Program-made: the position numbers and the translations under genes
Notes under the pieces: generated by a model
Databases searched by the model: none
What the model saw: the letters and a program-made list of their open reading frames with translations, nothing else
Told to the model about the DNA's origin: nothing
NCBI GenBank assembly: GCA_964617125.1
Contig: CAZTVS010000005.1
Span: 16,529 to 80,528 of the forward strand
Direction of reading: 5' to 3'
From: an uncultured Acidobacteriota bacterium
Lineage (GTDB): Bacteria > Acidobacteriota > UBA6911 > CAINFC01
DNA: 64,000 bases
Shown here: one piece after another, positions 21,568-35,151 of the stretch
How the letters are laid out: each line of letters starts with the position of its first letter
Numbering within the stretch: position 1 is the first letter of the stretch

Positions 21568-22590
21568 ATGAATACTGCATTGACGTTCGACGATGTTCTC
21601 CTGGTACCGAATTACAACCACTGGGATTCCCGGCGGCTGGTAGATATCTCCAGCACGGATAAGACCGGTCGATTCTCCCTTTCCCTCCCGGTGATGAGCG
21701 CCAATATGGACACGATCACCGAGTCGGAGATGGCCGGGTTCATGCATTGCAAAGGCGGGATTGGCGTTCTCCACCGATTTATGGATGTCACCGTCAATAT
21801 CGAGGAATTTGAAAAATGCCGCTGCCCGGTTTTTGTCTCCGTCGGTTGTTCCGAGCATGAATACGAAAGGGTAGAGGCCTTGCGCGACGCCGGTGCGGAG
21901 TATTTTTGCGTCGACGTCGCCCATGCCCATTCCAAAATTCTCGGCAAAGCCCTGAAGAACTTCCGCCAGCTTTTACCTAACGCCTTCCTTATGGCGGGAA
22001 ACGTGGCCACATATGCCGGAGCTGATTTCCTCGTATCTCTGGGCGCCGATATGGTCAAAGTGGGCATCGGCAGCGGATCGGTTTGCACCACTCGTATCAA
22101 GACCGGATTCGGCGTTCCTTCGCTGAAAGCCATCAAGGACTGCTCCCGCATCAACCGGTCGATTGTTGCCGACGGCGGCATTCGCACCAGCGGCGATGTG
22201 GTCAAGGCCCTGGCCTTCGGGGCCGATTTTGTCATGATCGGCGGAATGCTGGCCGGCACCTCCCCGACTCCGGGCAAGATCACAGTCAATTCCCAAGGCG
22301 AGAAAGTAAAACTCTATCGGGGAATGGCTTCCCGCGAAGCCCAGGAGGATTACCTCGGACCTCTGACCGGATGGAAGACGGCCGAAGGCGTTTCTTTGGA
22401 GGTCCCTTATCGCCAGGATGAAGACGACATCCTACAGGATATCGTCGGCGGGCTCCGGTCCGGTTTGACTTACGGAGGCGCCAACAGCATCAAGGAACTG
22501 CAACGCAAACTCGATTATGTCGTCATTTCCTACGCTTCCCGAATCGAAAGTTTGCCCCACAAGACCATGCAACCAGACCTAAATGGATGA
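21568..22590 (+). CDS. guaC: GMP reductase (IMPDH/GMPR family without a CBS pair)
   Basis: 340 aa. GIGSGSVCTTR with a catalytic Cys, …DGGIR…, and GADFVMIGGMLAG are all collinear with E. coli GuaC. Confidence 0.8.
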   Translation: MNTALTFDDVLLVPNYNHWDSRRLVDISSTDKTGRFSLSLPVMSANMDTITESEMAGFMHCKGGIGVLHRFMDVTVNIEEFEKCRCPVFVSVGCSEHEYERVEALRDAGAEYFCVDVAHAHSKILGKALKNFRQLLPNAFLMAGNVATYAGADFLVSLGADMVKVGIGSGSVCTTRIKTGFGVPSLKAIKDCSRINRSIVADGGIRTSGDVVKALAFGADFVMIGGMLAGTSPTPGKITVNSQGEKVKLYRGMASREAQEDYLGPLTGWKTAEGVSLEVPYRQDEDDILQDIVGGLRSGLTYGGANSIKELQRKLDYVVISYASRIESLPHKTMQPDLNG

Positions 22591-22596
22591 TCCCTT

Positions 22597-23352
22597 ATGA
22601 ATCCTTTCCTTGCAGAGCTTATCGGAACCACCATACTCGTTTTGTTCGGTAATGGAGTTGTCGCCAACGTCGTTCTGGATCGTACCAAGGGGAATAGCGG
22701 GGGATGGATTGTCATCTCCGCCGGATGGGCCTTTGGGGTCTTCACCGGTGTTTTTTGTTCCCAATCCGTCAGCGGGGCTCATCTCAATCCCGCAGTAACA
22801 CTGGCTTTGGCCCTGGCCGGGTCTTTTCCCTGGAAGGACGTGGCTACCTATCTGACCGCGCAAATGCTGGGGGGATTTCTCGGCGGTTCTCTTGTCTTCC
22901 TTTTTTACCGGGAGCACTTCCGGATTTCATCCGATGCGGACGGCAAACTGGCCTGTTTCTGCACGGCACCCAATATTCGCCATCTGCCTCAATCCTTCTT
23001 TTGTGAAATGGTCGGAACCTTTTTTCTCATTCTCCCCGTCTTTCTGATAACGTCCCCTTCCATAAAACTCTCACCGGCCCTGGGTGTGGGGAACAGCGGG
23101 GAAGTGACGATCGGACTCGGAACCATCGGCGCCCTTCCTGTTGCCCTGCTGGTTTTTGCCCTGGGACTATCCCTGGGCGGTACTACCGGGTATGCCATCA
23201 ATCCTGCCCGCGATCTCGGACCACGCCTGGCTCACGCCTTCTTGCCCATTCCGGGAAAAAGGGATGGAGACTGGGCTTATTCCTGGATACCAGTCTTTGG
23301 GCCTTTTGCGGGCGCCGTTCTGGCCACACTTCTCTACCTGTGGATCAAGTGA
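22597..23352 (+). CDS. glpF: aquaglyceroporin / MIP-family channel
   Basis: Two NPA boxes (HLNPAVT and NPARDLGPR) and six TM segments. Confidence 0.85.
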   Translation: MNPFLAELIGTTILVLFGNGVVANVVLDRTKGNSGGWIVISAGWAFGVFTGVFCSQSVSGAHLNPAVTLALALAGSFPWKDVATYLTAQMLGGFLGGSLVFLFYREHFRISSDADGKLACFCTAPNIRHLPQSFFCEMVGTFFLILPVFLITSPSIKLSPALGVGNSGEVTIGLGTIGALPVALLVFALGLSLGGTTGYAINPARDLGPRLAHAFLPIPGKRDGDWAYSWIPVFGPFAGAVLATLLYLWIK

Positions 23353-23378
23353 TTTGCTAAGGGGATAATAACGGGGGA

Positions 23379-23954
23379 TTACAGTTTTTCCAGGAAGCCG
23401 TCGACCAGGGTGTTCAGCCTCTCCCCCCCCTTTTCCTGAATTTCGGGCATCTCCTGCAGGATGCGTACGATGCTGACGATCGCCGCCCTGATATCGGGAG
23501 AGGTCAGAATACTGGGCGATTCATTTTCTCTTCTTCCCAGAGGCGAGGAGGAAAGAGAGGTGCTACGCATGGATAGCTGCAGGAGAAGATCCACGTGAGA
23601 AAACTTCCGCTGCAATTCCATGTTCTTTAGAAGTTCGCTTGGAGCGGCAAAACTCAGCACATATCGCAGCAAGGTTTCAAAATCACTATAGTCTCTTTTT
23701 AAGATTTCGAGCACCCGTTCCACTAAAACTTCCGGGGAGACGTCTTTTGTCTGAAGGGGAGAAGAAACGGGCGGCGGCGTTTTGCCTGCCGCAACGGCAT
23801 TCGGGCGACTGGATGCCGAAGTCAGGTTTCGCAGTGCTGTCTGGCCGGCTGCCGGAGGGTTGGCCTTTTTCTTCGGCCGCCGGAGAAAAAGCCAGAGAAA
23901 AAAAGCCAGAACGGCGGGTACCAGAAGAATGTAAAGCAAGTACTCATTACGCAT
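23379..23954 (-). CDS. hypothetical membrane-anchored protein
   Basis: N-terminal TM (LLYILLVPAVLAFFLWLFL) followed by a Pro/Ser-rich linker. No recognised domain. Confidence 0.45.
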   Translation of the reverse strand: MRNEYLLYILLVPAVLAFFLWLFLRRPKKKANPPAAGQTALRNLTSASSRPNAVAAGKTPPPVSSPLQTKDVSPEVLVERVLEILKRDYSDFETLLRYVLSFAAPSELLKNMELQRKFSHVDLLLQLSMRSTSLSSSPLGRRENESPSILTSPDIRAAIVSIVRILQEMPEIQEKGGERLNTLVDGFLEKL

Positions 23955-23980
23955 AGGCTAATTCTACAAATATTCAATCC

Positions 23981-24865
23981 TTAGGTACGTGTCCTCTTCC
24001 TGCTCGATGACCAAGGAAGCTGTATCTTATTCTTAAGTATACCCGCTTTTTCTTTCAATCGTTTGGTTTCGGCAATCTTGAATTCTTCGAAAGCCGGATC
24101 TCCTTTCATGGTGCCCAGCAATTCTATGGCTTTTTCGTATTTTTCCGTCGACTCCCATACATCGATCAATCCAAGCTGAGCCTGATGAATGGTCTCCTCC
24201 GAACGGGAAGATCGCACTACCTCCTGAAAAACCGGCTCCGCTTGCACCTGGTCACCTTGAAGCACATAGATACCGGCGATTTTCAACATGGCTTTTTGCC
24301 GCAGATCCGGTTCCGCATCGTCATGCGCGGCACGGCGGAATTCCTGCAAAGCCATGTCCAGCCGGTTCTTCTTCAGATAGAGAGAAGCGATTTGAAAGGA
24401 ACTCTTCTGTTGCGCACCCTTCTCCTGCTGTTCCTGACGCAAGGTAATGTATTCCGCCAGAGCCCTGTCGGGATCGCCGACATCCTGATTGTAGATGTCG
24501 GCGAGGCGTTCTCTCGCCTCCAGTCTTTTTTCCCGGGAAACCCTGCGATTGTCGATGAAAGTCCGGTACAACTCGATGGCCCGGGGTACGTTGCGTAAGT
24601 AGAAATTGTAGGTGTTGGCCGCATCCATCAAGGCCTTTTGCCGATATTCTCCATAGGGAAACTTATCCAGCAGGTGCTCCAGGACCTGTACCGCCTCCTG
24701 GTGCTTTCCCTGGAGAAGGAGTTGCTCGGCGTTATTATACAAACCCTCTTCGTTATAGCGGGCGGAAAGAAGGTAAAAGACGATCCCGGCCAGGAGAACC
24801 AGCAGCCCCAGAGAAACGCCTTGCAGGATGGTTCTACGTCGTCTCCTCGGGTTCAGGGACGGCAT
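23981..24865 (-). CDS. TPR-repeat protein, N-terminally membrane-anchored
   Basis: The start at [12 protein letters not shown]… (24865) would overlap the gyrA 3' end by about 32 nt. TM helix then several TPR-like repeats. The ORF track offers an alternative start at 24934. Confidence 0.5.
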   Translation of the reverse strand: MPSLNPRRRRRTILQGVSLGLLVLLAGIVFYLLSARYNEEGLYNNAEQLLLQGKHQEAVQVLEHLLDKFPYGEYRQKALMDAANTYNFYLRNVPRAIELYRTFIDNRRVSREKRLEARERLADIYNQDVGDPDRALAEYITLRQEQQEKGAQQKSSFQIASLYLKKNRLDMALQEFRRAAHDDAEPDLRQKAMLKIAGIYVLQGDQVQAEPVFQEVVRSSRSEETIHQAQLGLIDVWESTEKYEKAIELLGTMKGDPAFEEFKIAETKRLKEKAGILKNKIQLPWSSSRKRTRT

Positions 24866-27317
24866 CCTCGGCTTCCGCCGGGGTACTGTCGTTTTCTTGT
24901 TCTTCGAAGGCTGAAACAGCGGCCAGGTGATCATTTTCCTCCAGATTAATCAAGCGTACGCCCTGAGCGTTGCGCGTAACAGTCTCGGTGATATCGGAAG
25001 CACCCAGGCGGATTATCTTCCCTTGCTCGGTGATCATCATGACTTGAGTTTGTTCGGAAACATGGCAGACATCCACCACCTTTCCGTTACGCTCGCTGGT
25101 GTTGATATTGATGATTCCTTTTCCGCCTCTGCCCTGCCGTCGATATTCGTCCGAACTGGTTCTCTTGCCGTATCCGTTCTCGGTAACCGAGAGAAGGCTT
25201 CCGGATGTGGAAAAGGTTTCCATGGAGACCACATGATCTCCTTCTGCCAGGTCAATGCCGATGACACCACGGGCCGTACGCCCGACGCTGCGAACATCGT
25301 CTTCGGAAAAGCGTATGGCCATTCCCATTCGCGTAGCCAGAAGGACATCCTGTTTCCCGTCCGTCATCTTGATCCGTAACAGTTCGTCATCCGCATCCAC
25401 CGATATGGCCCTAATACCGCCCGCGCGCGGATTGGAAAAGGATGCTAATTCCGTTTTCTTCACGATTCCCTTTCGGGAGCACATCATCAGATACTTGCCT
25501 TCCTCGAAATCGTTGACCGAAATGATTTCCGCGATCTTTTCCCCTTTTTCGATCTGGATCAAGTTGACGATGGCCTTACCCCGGGCCTGGGCCGTGGCTT
25601 CCGGTATCTCGTACACCTTCAACCAGTAAACCCGTCCCTGATCGGTAAAGACAAGGAGATAGCTGTGATTGGTGGAAACGAAAACATTGGTAATGAAATC
25701 CTCTTCCCGAGTATTCATACCCATGCGTCCCATGCCGCCCCTCCGCTGTTTGCGGTAGGTGGTGGCGGGAGTTCTCTTGATAAAACCGGACGAACTCATG
25801 GTGATGACCACCTGATCGTTGGGAATGAGGTCGATCATCTCCAGATCGGCCTGCTGGTCTTCGATGCGGGTTTTTCGATCGTCGCCGTAAGTTTCCTTCA
25901 GCTCTTCCATCTCCGAGATGATCACCTGGTTCAATAGCGTCTCGCTGGATAAGATGGCACTCAACTGTTCAATGAGACGGAGGGTTTCGGCCAGTTCTTC
26001 CAGGATCTTATTTCTTTCCAGGCCGGTCAGGCGCTGCAGCCGCATCTCCAGGATGGCCTGGGCCTGCAATTCGGAAAATTCCAGTTCGGAAATCAATCTC
26101 GCTTTGGCCTCGGCCGTTTCCCGCGAGGACCGTATCAGACGAATGACTTCATCCAGCATGTCGAGGGCCTTTTTCAGTCCCTCCAGGATATGGGCCCGGG
26201 CTTTGGCCTTTTCCAGATCGAAAATCGTTCTTCGCCGAACCACATCGCGGCGGTGGGCTAAAAAGCAACGGAGCATGTCCGCCAAGCTCAGGATCTTCGG
26301 CTGATTGTTGACAATGGCCAGCATGATCACACCAAAGCTGGTCTGCATCGGTGTCAGCTTATACAACTTGTTGAGCACGACCTGTGCCGGATAATCGTTC
26401 TTCACCTCAACGACAATACGCATACCCTCCCGGTCCGATTCGTCGCGAAGATCGCTGATCCCTTCCAATTTTTTCTCTCGGACCAGTTCGGCGATCCGCT
26501 CGATCAGTCTGGCTTTATTTACCTGGTAGGGGATCTCCGTGATAAGGATGGCCTGCTGGTTTTTACGAATGATATCGATCTCCGCCTTGGCCCGGATTTG
26601 TATGATCCCCCGGCCTTCCGTATAGGCCGAACGGATTCCTTCCCGGCCGTAGATCGTGCCGGCCGTAGGGAAGTCCGGACCCAGGACAAACTTCATCAAG
26701 TCGGACAAAGAGGCACCCGGATTTCGAATCAAATGTATGGCCGCGTCCAAAACCTCCCGCAGGTTATGGGGAGGAATGTTGGTGGCCATCCCGACGGCGA
26801 TGCCCGAGGATCCGTTGATCAGGAGATTGGGGATCTTGGCCGGCAGGACGAGGGGTTCATCCAGAGTCCCGTCATAATTGGGAGAAAAGTCTACCGTCTT
26901 TTTCTCCAGGTCGGCCAGCATCTCTTCGGTGATCCGATCCATGCGGATCTCCGTATAACGCATGGCTGCGGGCGGATCGTCATCGATGGAACCGAAGTTC
27001 CCCTGGCCGTCGATCAGCGGATAGCGAAGGGAAAAATCCTGCACCATGCGGACAATGGCATCGTAGACGGCAGAATCTCCATGAGGATGGTACTTACCGA
27101 TGACATCACCCACGATGCGCGCCGACTTCTTGTATGCTTTATTGTGCCGGTTTCCAAGATCGTGCATGGCGTATAAAATGCGCCGATGTACGGGTTTGAG
27201 GCCGTCGCGAACGTCGGGCAAGGCCCGGCCGATGATGACCGACATGGCGTAGTCCATATAGGACTTACGCATCTCGTCCTTGATGGCGACCGATATCTGT
27301 TCCTGTGCTATTTCCAT
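24834..27317 (-). CDS. gyrA: DNA gyrase subunit A
   Basis: …[29 protein letters not shown]…AAMRYTEIR… with the active-site Tyr region and a C-terminal beta-pinwheel domain. Product is 827 aa. Confidence 0.95.
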   Translation of the reverse strand: MEIAQEQISVAIKDEMRKSYMDYAMSVIIGRALPDVRDGLKPVHRRILYAMHDLGNRHNKAYKKSARIVGDVIGKYHPHGDSAVYDAIVRMVQDFSLRYPLIDGQGNFGSIDDDPPAAMRYTEIRMDRITEEMLADLEKKTVDFSPNYDGTLDEPLVLPAKIPNLLINGSSGIAVGMATNIPPHNLREVLDAAIHLIRNPGASLSDLMKFVLGPDFPTAGTIYGREGIRSAYTEGRGIIQIRAKAEIDIIRKNQQAILITEIPYQVNKARLIERIAELVREKKLEGISDLRDESDREGMRIVVEVKNDYPAQVVLNKLYKLTPMQTSFGVIMLAIVNNQPKILSLADMLRCFLAHRRDVVRRRTIFDLEKAKARAHILEGLKKALDMLDEVIRLIRSSRETAEAKARLISELEFSELQAQAILEMRLQRLTGLERNKILEELAETLRLIEQLSAILSSETLLNQVIISEMEELKETYGDDRKTRIEDQQADLEMIDLIPNDQVVITMSSSGFIKRTPATTYRKQRRGGMGRMGMNTREEDFITNVFVSTNHSYLLVFTDQGRVYWLKVYEIPEATAQARGKAIVNLIQIEKGEKIAEIISVNDFEEGKYLMMCSRKGIVKKTELASFSNPRAGGIRAISVDADDELLRIKMTDGKQDVLLATRMGMAIRFSEDDVRSVGRTARGVIGIDLAEGDHVVSMETFSTSGSLLSVTENGYGKRTSSDEYRRQGRGGKGIININTSERNGKVVDVCHVSEQTQVMMITEQGKIIRLGASDITETVTRNAQGVRLINLEENDHLAAVSAFEEQENDSTPAEAEDAVPEPEETT

Positions 27318-27382
27318 AGTAATATGATTATGTATCGTCGTATAGGAAGGTTCCTGGTGAGACCCGCTTCACCCTTAAACGC

Positions 27383-29914
<2,532 letters not shown>

Positions 29915-30175
29915 CTATAGTTATAACCGAAGAATTGACAAAGAGTTATATTCAAAAAATGAGGAGAGATTATAGCATAAAAATTGCTTGAAACCAAGCA
30001 AAGAAAGCTATTCCGCGGACACAGAGGTACGCATCAACAACGGAAAAACAACAGACAATTTGCGGATAGAAACAGGGTTTAGAATGGATCCGATTTCGTG
30101 TCGATTCGAAAGGGATTGCCGGCAGGATGCCAGCGATCCCAGGATCTTTCGCGAGGCCAACCGATTTCGATTTCT

Positions 30176-31324
30176 TCAGGAGGCTTTTGCTTCTTTGGTG
30201 GAAATCACCGCCAGAACACAACGATAATCGACCACATCCTCACCCTGAGGCTGGAGAAGAACAGGATTTTCATCGTCCTTGAAGGATATGGAGACCCGAT
30301 CGGTTTTAATGACCGTGAGAAAATCAACGATGTAGGGAGCATTGAACTCCGTTTCGATACGCGGCCCGTCATACTCCACTTCCAGGCTCTCTTCCGACTC
30401 ACCATAATCGACCGAGCTGGCCCTCATCTCCAGTAAACCGGGCGATAGGCGGAACCTGACTTTCCTCATCGTCCGCTTCTCGTTGTCCGTCTCTTCCGCC
30501 AGAACGCTGGAACGGCGCAAGCTGTCCATAAACAGACCGGCGTTTGCGGTCATAACCAGATGGTTGTCCCGAGGGATGATGGTTTCGTAATTGGGGAAGG
30601 AACCGGCAATCAAACCGGATATCAATTCCCTTTCTCCCGCTCGAAAATAGACATGGCGGTCGTCCCTTCCCAGCTCGACGAATTCCTGCTGATCGATAAT
30701 ACGGGAAAGCTCATTCAAACTCCGCTGAGGAACGATGAACTTCATCTCCCGATCCGAATCTGGTTCGGGTATCGCCTCCTTCTTTTCTACCAGGACCAGG
30801 CGGTGGGCATCCGAAGTGACCATACGCAGGGACCGGTTACGGATTTCCAGCTGAGCTCCACCCAGAACAAACCGCTCGTTCTCCTGTTGCGATACGGCAA
30901 AAATGGTGCGTTGGATCATTTCCTTCAAGACATCCGCCGGTAGCTTCATGGAATAGTCGGAAAGAATATTGGGCTCGGTGAATTGTTCCCGCGGCAGGCC
31001 GGTAATGCGAAAATGAGCTTTTTCATGACGGATATCCAGGCGGCTCTCTCCCGTGGTAGAAAAGGAGATGTCCGCCTCCGGCAATAAACGGATAATATCG
31101 GATAGCTTCCTGGGAGGTATGGCAATCGACCCTTCCTTTTCGTTCCTTACCCGGCAGGAACAACGCAAGGAAATGTCTTTGCCGACGGCGATCAAATGCA
31201 GAAATCCCTTTTCTACTGTCATCAGGATATACCCTTGCGAGGTGATCAGGGGCTTTTTATCGACGACGGAGGAGACCAGACTCAACTCGTCCAGCAGGGA
31301 ACTGCGTTTTACGGTAAATTCCAT
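30176..31324 (-). CDS. dnaN: DNA polymerase III beta sliding clamp
   Basis: Three-domain clamp of about 382 aa. N-terminus MEFTVKRSSLLDELSLVSSVV. ATG at 31324; the ORF track begins at a TTG at 31330. Confidence 0.9.
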   Translation of the reverse strand: MEFTVKRSSLLDELSLVSSVVDKKPLITSQGYILMTVEKGFLHLIAVGKDISLRCSCRVRNEKEGSIAIPPRKLSDIIRLLPEADISFSTTGESRLDIRHEKAHFRITGLPREQFTEPNILSDYSMKLPADVLKEMIQRTIFAVSQQENERFVLGGAQLEIRNRSLRMVTSDAHRLVLVEKKEAIPEPDSDREMKFIVPQRSLNELSRIIDQQEFVELGRDDRHVYFRAGERELISGLIAGSFPNYETIIPRDNHLVMTANAGLFMDSLRRSSVLAEETDNEKRTMRKVRFRLSPGLLEMRASSVDYGESEESLEVEYDGPRIETEFNAPYIVDFLTVIKTDRVSISFKDDENPVLLQPQGEDVVDYRCVLAVISTKEAKAS

Positions 31325-31330
31325 GTTCAA

Positions 31331-31581
31331 ATCCTCAAACTAGAATACGAATACTAAGATTCTATTCTTTATATAAATAAAAGTAGTCGTAATAGGACCG
31401 TAGGAAACTGTGGATTTCGCCCTAAACGATAGAAGTCATATTCTTTGCTTTGCACAACGCTTCCACATACGGGTTCGATATTTTCGTGGAAAAAAGAAAT
31501 AAAGGTTCTTTTCCGCGCTTTTCCTCAGAGATTCACAATCTCTCCACAGGGGATCCAGGAGTGGTTCTGTGGAAACAAATT
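31331..31581. promoter_or_regulatory. dnaA-dnaN intergenic region with four TGTGGA-containing DnaA-box-like 9-mers; possible part of oriC
   Basis: TGTGGATTT (31409-31417) is a 7/9 match to TGTGGATAA. Three more TGTGGA cores sit within 250 bp and the region is AT-rich. Confidence 0.35.
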
Positions 31582-32910
31582 CTAACGGAATTTAGAGGAA
31601 ATCTTCAGGATCAGATCGTTGATCTCCTGGTTCTTTTTTCGATCGGTTTCTATCTTGCGAATCGAGTGCAGAACGGTCGTATGATGTTTTCCGCCGAAGG
31701 TCTTTCCGATACAGGGCAGTGAAACCTGGGCCAGCTCTTTACACAGATACATAGCGATCTGCCGGGGAACGGTGATCTCGCGAGAGTTGTTCTTGGACTT
31801 CAACACCGAGGGCTTCATACGGAAATGGTCGGCCACCGCTTTCAGAATGATTTCCGATGTCAGATTGTTTTTTCCCATCTGGACGATACCGGACAATGCC
31901 TCCTCGGTGAAGGCCAGGTCGATCTCGGAACCGCTCATCTCACTGAGGGCCATAATCCGGTTGAGAGCCGATTCCAGTGCGCGCACATGCGACTTGACCT
32001 GATGAGCTATGAAGAGCGCCACATCGTCGGCAAGGTCGACATTTTTCTCGGATGCCTTCTTCTTCAGAATGGCGAAACGGGTTTCCGTATCGGGAGGTTG
32101 GATATCGGCGATCAGGCCCCATTCGAAGCGGGAATGGAGACGTTCTTCCAGGGTTGGAATCTCCTTGGGTGGGCAGTCGCTGGTGATTACGATCTGCTTT
32201 TGCGCATCATACAGGCTGTTGAAGGTGTGGAAGAATTCTTCCTGAGTCCTCTCTTTTCCTGCCAGAAACTGAATGTCGTCCATCAGCAGGATATCGATGT
32301 TGCGGTACACCTCGCGAAAACGATAAGTCCTGTCCATCTTGATGGCGTTGATCATATCGTTGGTGAATTTTTCCGCCGGAACGTAGACCAGTTTTAAATG
32401 GGCGTTCTTGCTGAGGATGGAGTGACCGATGGCGTGCATCAGGTGAGTTTTGCCCAGGGCCGAGCTGCCGTGAATATAGAGAGGATTGTAGGCGTGAGAA
32501 GGTTGCTTGGCCACGGCGAAGGCGGCGGCATGGGCAAACTGATTGGAGTTTCCCACTACGAAGGAATCGAAAGTGTATTTGGGATTCAGGTTGATGCTGA
32601 GTCCGCTACCTTCATGAGAGGAATTCCATTTTTCGGAAAGAGAGACCTCGGAACTGCTTTCCTGTGAAGGGGTATCTTCTTCCACCACAATAAACAGCTG
32701 AAAATTGCTGAGAGAAAGATCGTTGAAAATTCCCTGCAACAAGGAGGAAAATTTTTCCAAAAAGGCGTTGCGGAAATAGGAAGTAGGAACACTTACCTTG
32801 ATGGTATTGTGATCTTGGGAGAGGAACAAAACGGGACGAAACCATGTCTGATAAACGGATTCATCGATACGCTTGTTGACTTCCTGCAGGATGATTTTCC
32901 ACAAGTCCAT
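31582..32910 (-). CDS. dnaA: chromosomal replication initiator protein DnaA
   Basis: AAA+ Walker A (GSSALGKTHL) and a C-terminal DNA-binding domain. The ATG at 32910 gives MDLWKIILQE…. The ORF track extends to a TTG at 32922. Confidence 0.95.
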   Translation of the reverse strand: MDLWKIILQEVNKRIDESVYQTWFRPVLFLSQDHNTIKVSVPTSYFRNAFLEKFSSLLQGIFNDLSLSNFQLFIVVEEDTPSQESSSEVSLSEKWNSSHEGSGLSINLNPKYTFDSFVVGNSNQFAHAAAFAVAKQPSHAYNPLYIHGSSALGKTHLMHAIGHSILSKNAHLKLVYVPAEKFTNDMINAIKMDRTYRFREVYRNIDILLMDDIQFLAGKERTQEEFFHTFNSLYDAQKQIVITSDCPPKEIPTLEERLHSRFEWGLIADIQPPDTETRFAILKKKASEKNVDLADDVALFIAHQVKSHVRALESALNRIMALSEMSGSEIDLAFTEEALSGIVQMGKNNLTSEIILKAVADHFRMKPSVLKSKNNSREITVPRQIAMYLCKELAQVSLPCIGKTFGGKHHTTVLHSIRKIETDRKKNQEINDLILKISSKFR

Positions 32911-32922
32911 AAATAATAGCAA

Positions 32923-33406
32923 GGGATGTAAGAAAATGGATTAAAATAAAACTATAAAATATAAAAGCCTTTAATAACAGCAATTTATAAGGAAAACGAC
33001 ATCTTTGAAACCGGGGTTGTGGGGAGAAATTTCCACAACCTCCGCCCACTTGTGGGAAAAAGTATCTGAAAAAAAATCATAAATCCTCACCCGGCGGAGA
33101 GGGGAGGAACAATAGCATACCGGCAGGGAACATTGCAACCGCAGAAAGGGAAAAATTTTACTAAGAAGAGGAGAAAAACACTTTGGTAAAGCAGTCCAGG
33201 AGGAAGACAAAAATGCCAGCACATTTTTTTGCATTAGAAAAGTATTGGTAAACAAGATGAAAGAGAATGTAGCACAAAGAATCCCGATCGCCAAGAGAAA
33301 AAAGAAGTATTTTTGCGGCGACGATAAGAGCGCGGGAAACGCCCTTTTTTCTGAAGGTTGGAGAGAAGAAGAAAAAAAAAAAGTTCTTTAGGAAGGGGAA
33401 AAACGA
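32923..33406. promoter_or_regulatory. AT-rich region upstream of dnaA: putative oriC / dnaA promoter region with palindromic DnaA-box-like motifs and an A11 tract
   Basis: About 480 bp and strongly AT-rich. It contains the palindrome GGTTGTGG…CCACAACC (33015-33040), which includes TGTGGAAAT (7/9 to the DnaA box). It also contains CCCACTTGTGGG (33045-33056) and a run of 11 A at about 33370-33380. Confidence 0.4.
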
Positions 33407-33901
33407 TCAGGAAAGAAAAAAGGGATGGAGTTTTTTATACGTCGAAGCCAGGTCTTCGGGTAAGACCCGGGTTTCACCGGTGACGGTCATGAAGTTGGTG
33501 TCGCCCGTCCAGCGGGGCAGCAGATGCAGATGCAGATGCCCGGCCACACCGGCCCCGGCGCAGGAACCGAGATTCATGCCGAGATTGAAGCCCTCCGGCC
33601 GGTAGGCCTGCCGCAGTGCCGTTTGCGCCCGACGGGCCAGGAATATCATCTCTGTGGACTCCTGGTCGTTTAAATCTTCCAAAAAAGGCAAATGGCGAAA
33701 AGGGACAATCATCAGATGCCCGTTGGTATAAGGATAACGATTTAAGAGGACGTAGCAATGGGTACCGCGATGGAGAACATAGGAAGTTGCATCGGCAATC
33801 GATTTGGGAAGAGTGCAGAGGAAACAATCCTCCTCCTCGGTCGAGGAGGAGGAGGGCTGGGAAACGTACTGGAATCGCCAGGGTGTCCAGAGCCTGTCCA
33901 T
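33407..33901 (-). CDS. HIT-family (histidine triad) nucleotide hydrolase/transferase
   Basis: C-terminal HxHxHxx motif (GHLHLHLLPR) and an N-terminal extension with a Cys pair. Confidence 0.7.
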   Translation of the reverse strand: MDRLWTPWRFQYVSQPSSSSTEEEDCFLCTLPKSIADATSYVLHRGTHCYVLLNRYPYTNGHLMIVPFRHLPFLEDLNDQESTEMIFLARRAQTALRQAYRPEGFNLGMNLGSCAGAGVAGHLHLHLLPRWTGDTNFMTVTGETRVLPEDLASTYKKLHPFFLS

Positions 33902-33903
33902 GG

Positions 33904-34182
33904 CTATTCTTGATTGATGAGATCTTTCAGTTCTTTTCCGGGTTTGAAAAAAGGGACCTTTTTGGGAGGGACCTGGACAACCGACCCGGTTTTCGGATTT
34001 CTCCCCTGTCGACCGCCTCGCTGGCGGATACGAAAACAGCCGAATCCGCGCAATTCGATTTTTTCCCCTTTTTTTAAAGAATCAATAATACTATCCAGAA
34101 GAATTTGCACAATCACTTCCGCATCTTTCTTCGTCAAATCGGAGCTTTTTGCCACTTCCTCAACAAGCTCAGCCTTGGTCAT
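33904..34182 (-). CDS. HU/IHF-family nucleoid-associated DNA-binding protein (IHF-beta-like)
   Basis: MTKAELVEEVAKSSDLTKKDAEVIV…RGFGCFRIRQRGGRQGRNPKTGSVVQVPPKKVPFFKPGKEL carries the RNP-x-TG arm signature. Start is the ATG at 34182. Confidence 0.8.
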   Translation of the reverse strand: MTKAELVEEVAKSSDLTKKDAEVIVQILLDSIIDSLKKGEKIELRGFGCFRIRQRGGRQGRNPKTGSVVQVPPKKVPFFKPGKELKDLINQE

Positions 34183-34186
34183 ATGT

Positions 34187-35089
34187 TTACCTCCAAATAT
34201 ATTCGAAACGTATCGTGGATTGAGACGGGTCACCGGAGAAGGGAAGAACCGAACTGGCATCATTCATCAGGATGTCCCAAATACTGGTCTTTTTCTTTTT
34301 AATGCTGACCGTCCGGGGCTCTCCGCGGATTTCCGCCAGTTTACCGGCCAGAAGGATGGCATCCTGCAGGGTGCCCAGCTCGTCGACCAGACCCTTTTGC
34401 AGCGCATCTTCGCCGGTAAAAACGCGACCGTCGGCCAGGGTCTTGACGCTCTCTACATCCATGTGCCGCCCGTCGGCGACGGCTTTGACAAACTGGAAAT
34501 AGAGGCCGTCGATCAAGCCCTGGAAATAGCGGCGTTCGTTCTCGGTAAGCGGACGAGAGGGATTTCCCGCATCTTTCATTTCGCCGCTCTTGATCACTTC
34601 GTTCTTCAGTTTGGCCCAGGCCATCAACTCACCCCAGTTGACCCATTCGGCGATTACACCGATGCTGCCGGTGATGGTAGCCGGATTGGCCACGATCTTA
34701 TCCGCGGCACAAGCAACGTAGTATCCGCCGGAGGCGGCGACGCTGCCCATGGATGCGACCACTTTTTTCCTGGTTTCCTTGCGAAAACGAAGTACTTCCG
34801 TATAGATCTCCTGAGATGCAGCAGCGCCCCCGCCCGGACTATTGATGTTCAGGACGAGGGCCTTGATCTGGGACTGTTTACGAAATGTTTTCAGCTGATC
34901 GATATATGGCTTGGCATCGTAAATGGCACCGGTGACATCGATGAGAGCCACCTGGCTGCCGCTGTTCAGAGAAAAGGACCATTCTTCATCCGACGGACCG
35001 GTCATAAGTAACGCGACCAGGCAGAGGACGAAAAACAGCAGGCAGGCACCACCGATCACCAACCATAAAAACAGCTTACTCTTATTCAT
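34187..35089 (-). CDS. sppA: signal peptide peptidase SppA (36K type)
   Basis: N-terminal TM helix, then a ClpP/crotonase fold with the catalytic Ser motif region (…ASMGSVAASGGYYVA…) and a Lys dyad. Confidence 0.85.
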   Translation of the reverse strand: MNKSKLFLWLVIGGACLLFFVLCLVALLMTGPSDEEWSFSLNSGSQVALIDVTGAIYDAKPYIDQLKTFRKQSQIKALVLNINSPGGGAAASQEIYTEVLRFRKETRKKVVASMGSVAASGGYYVACAADKIVANPATITGSIGVIAEWVNWGELMAWAKLKNEVIKSGEMKDAGNPSRPLTENERRYFQGLIDGLYFQFVKAVADGRHMDVESVKTLADGRVFTGEDALQKGLVDELGTLQDAILLAGKLAEIRGEPRTVSIKKKKTSIWDILMNDASSVLPFSGDPSQSTIRFEYIWR

Positions 35090-35151
35090 AATGTTCTATG
35101 GAAAATAGAGTCTGTTAGCGATAAAGAGAATGCACCACTCTATCGGAAATC

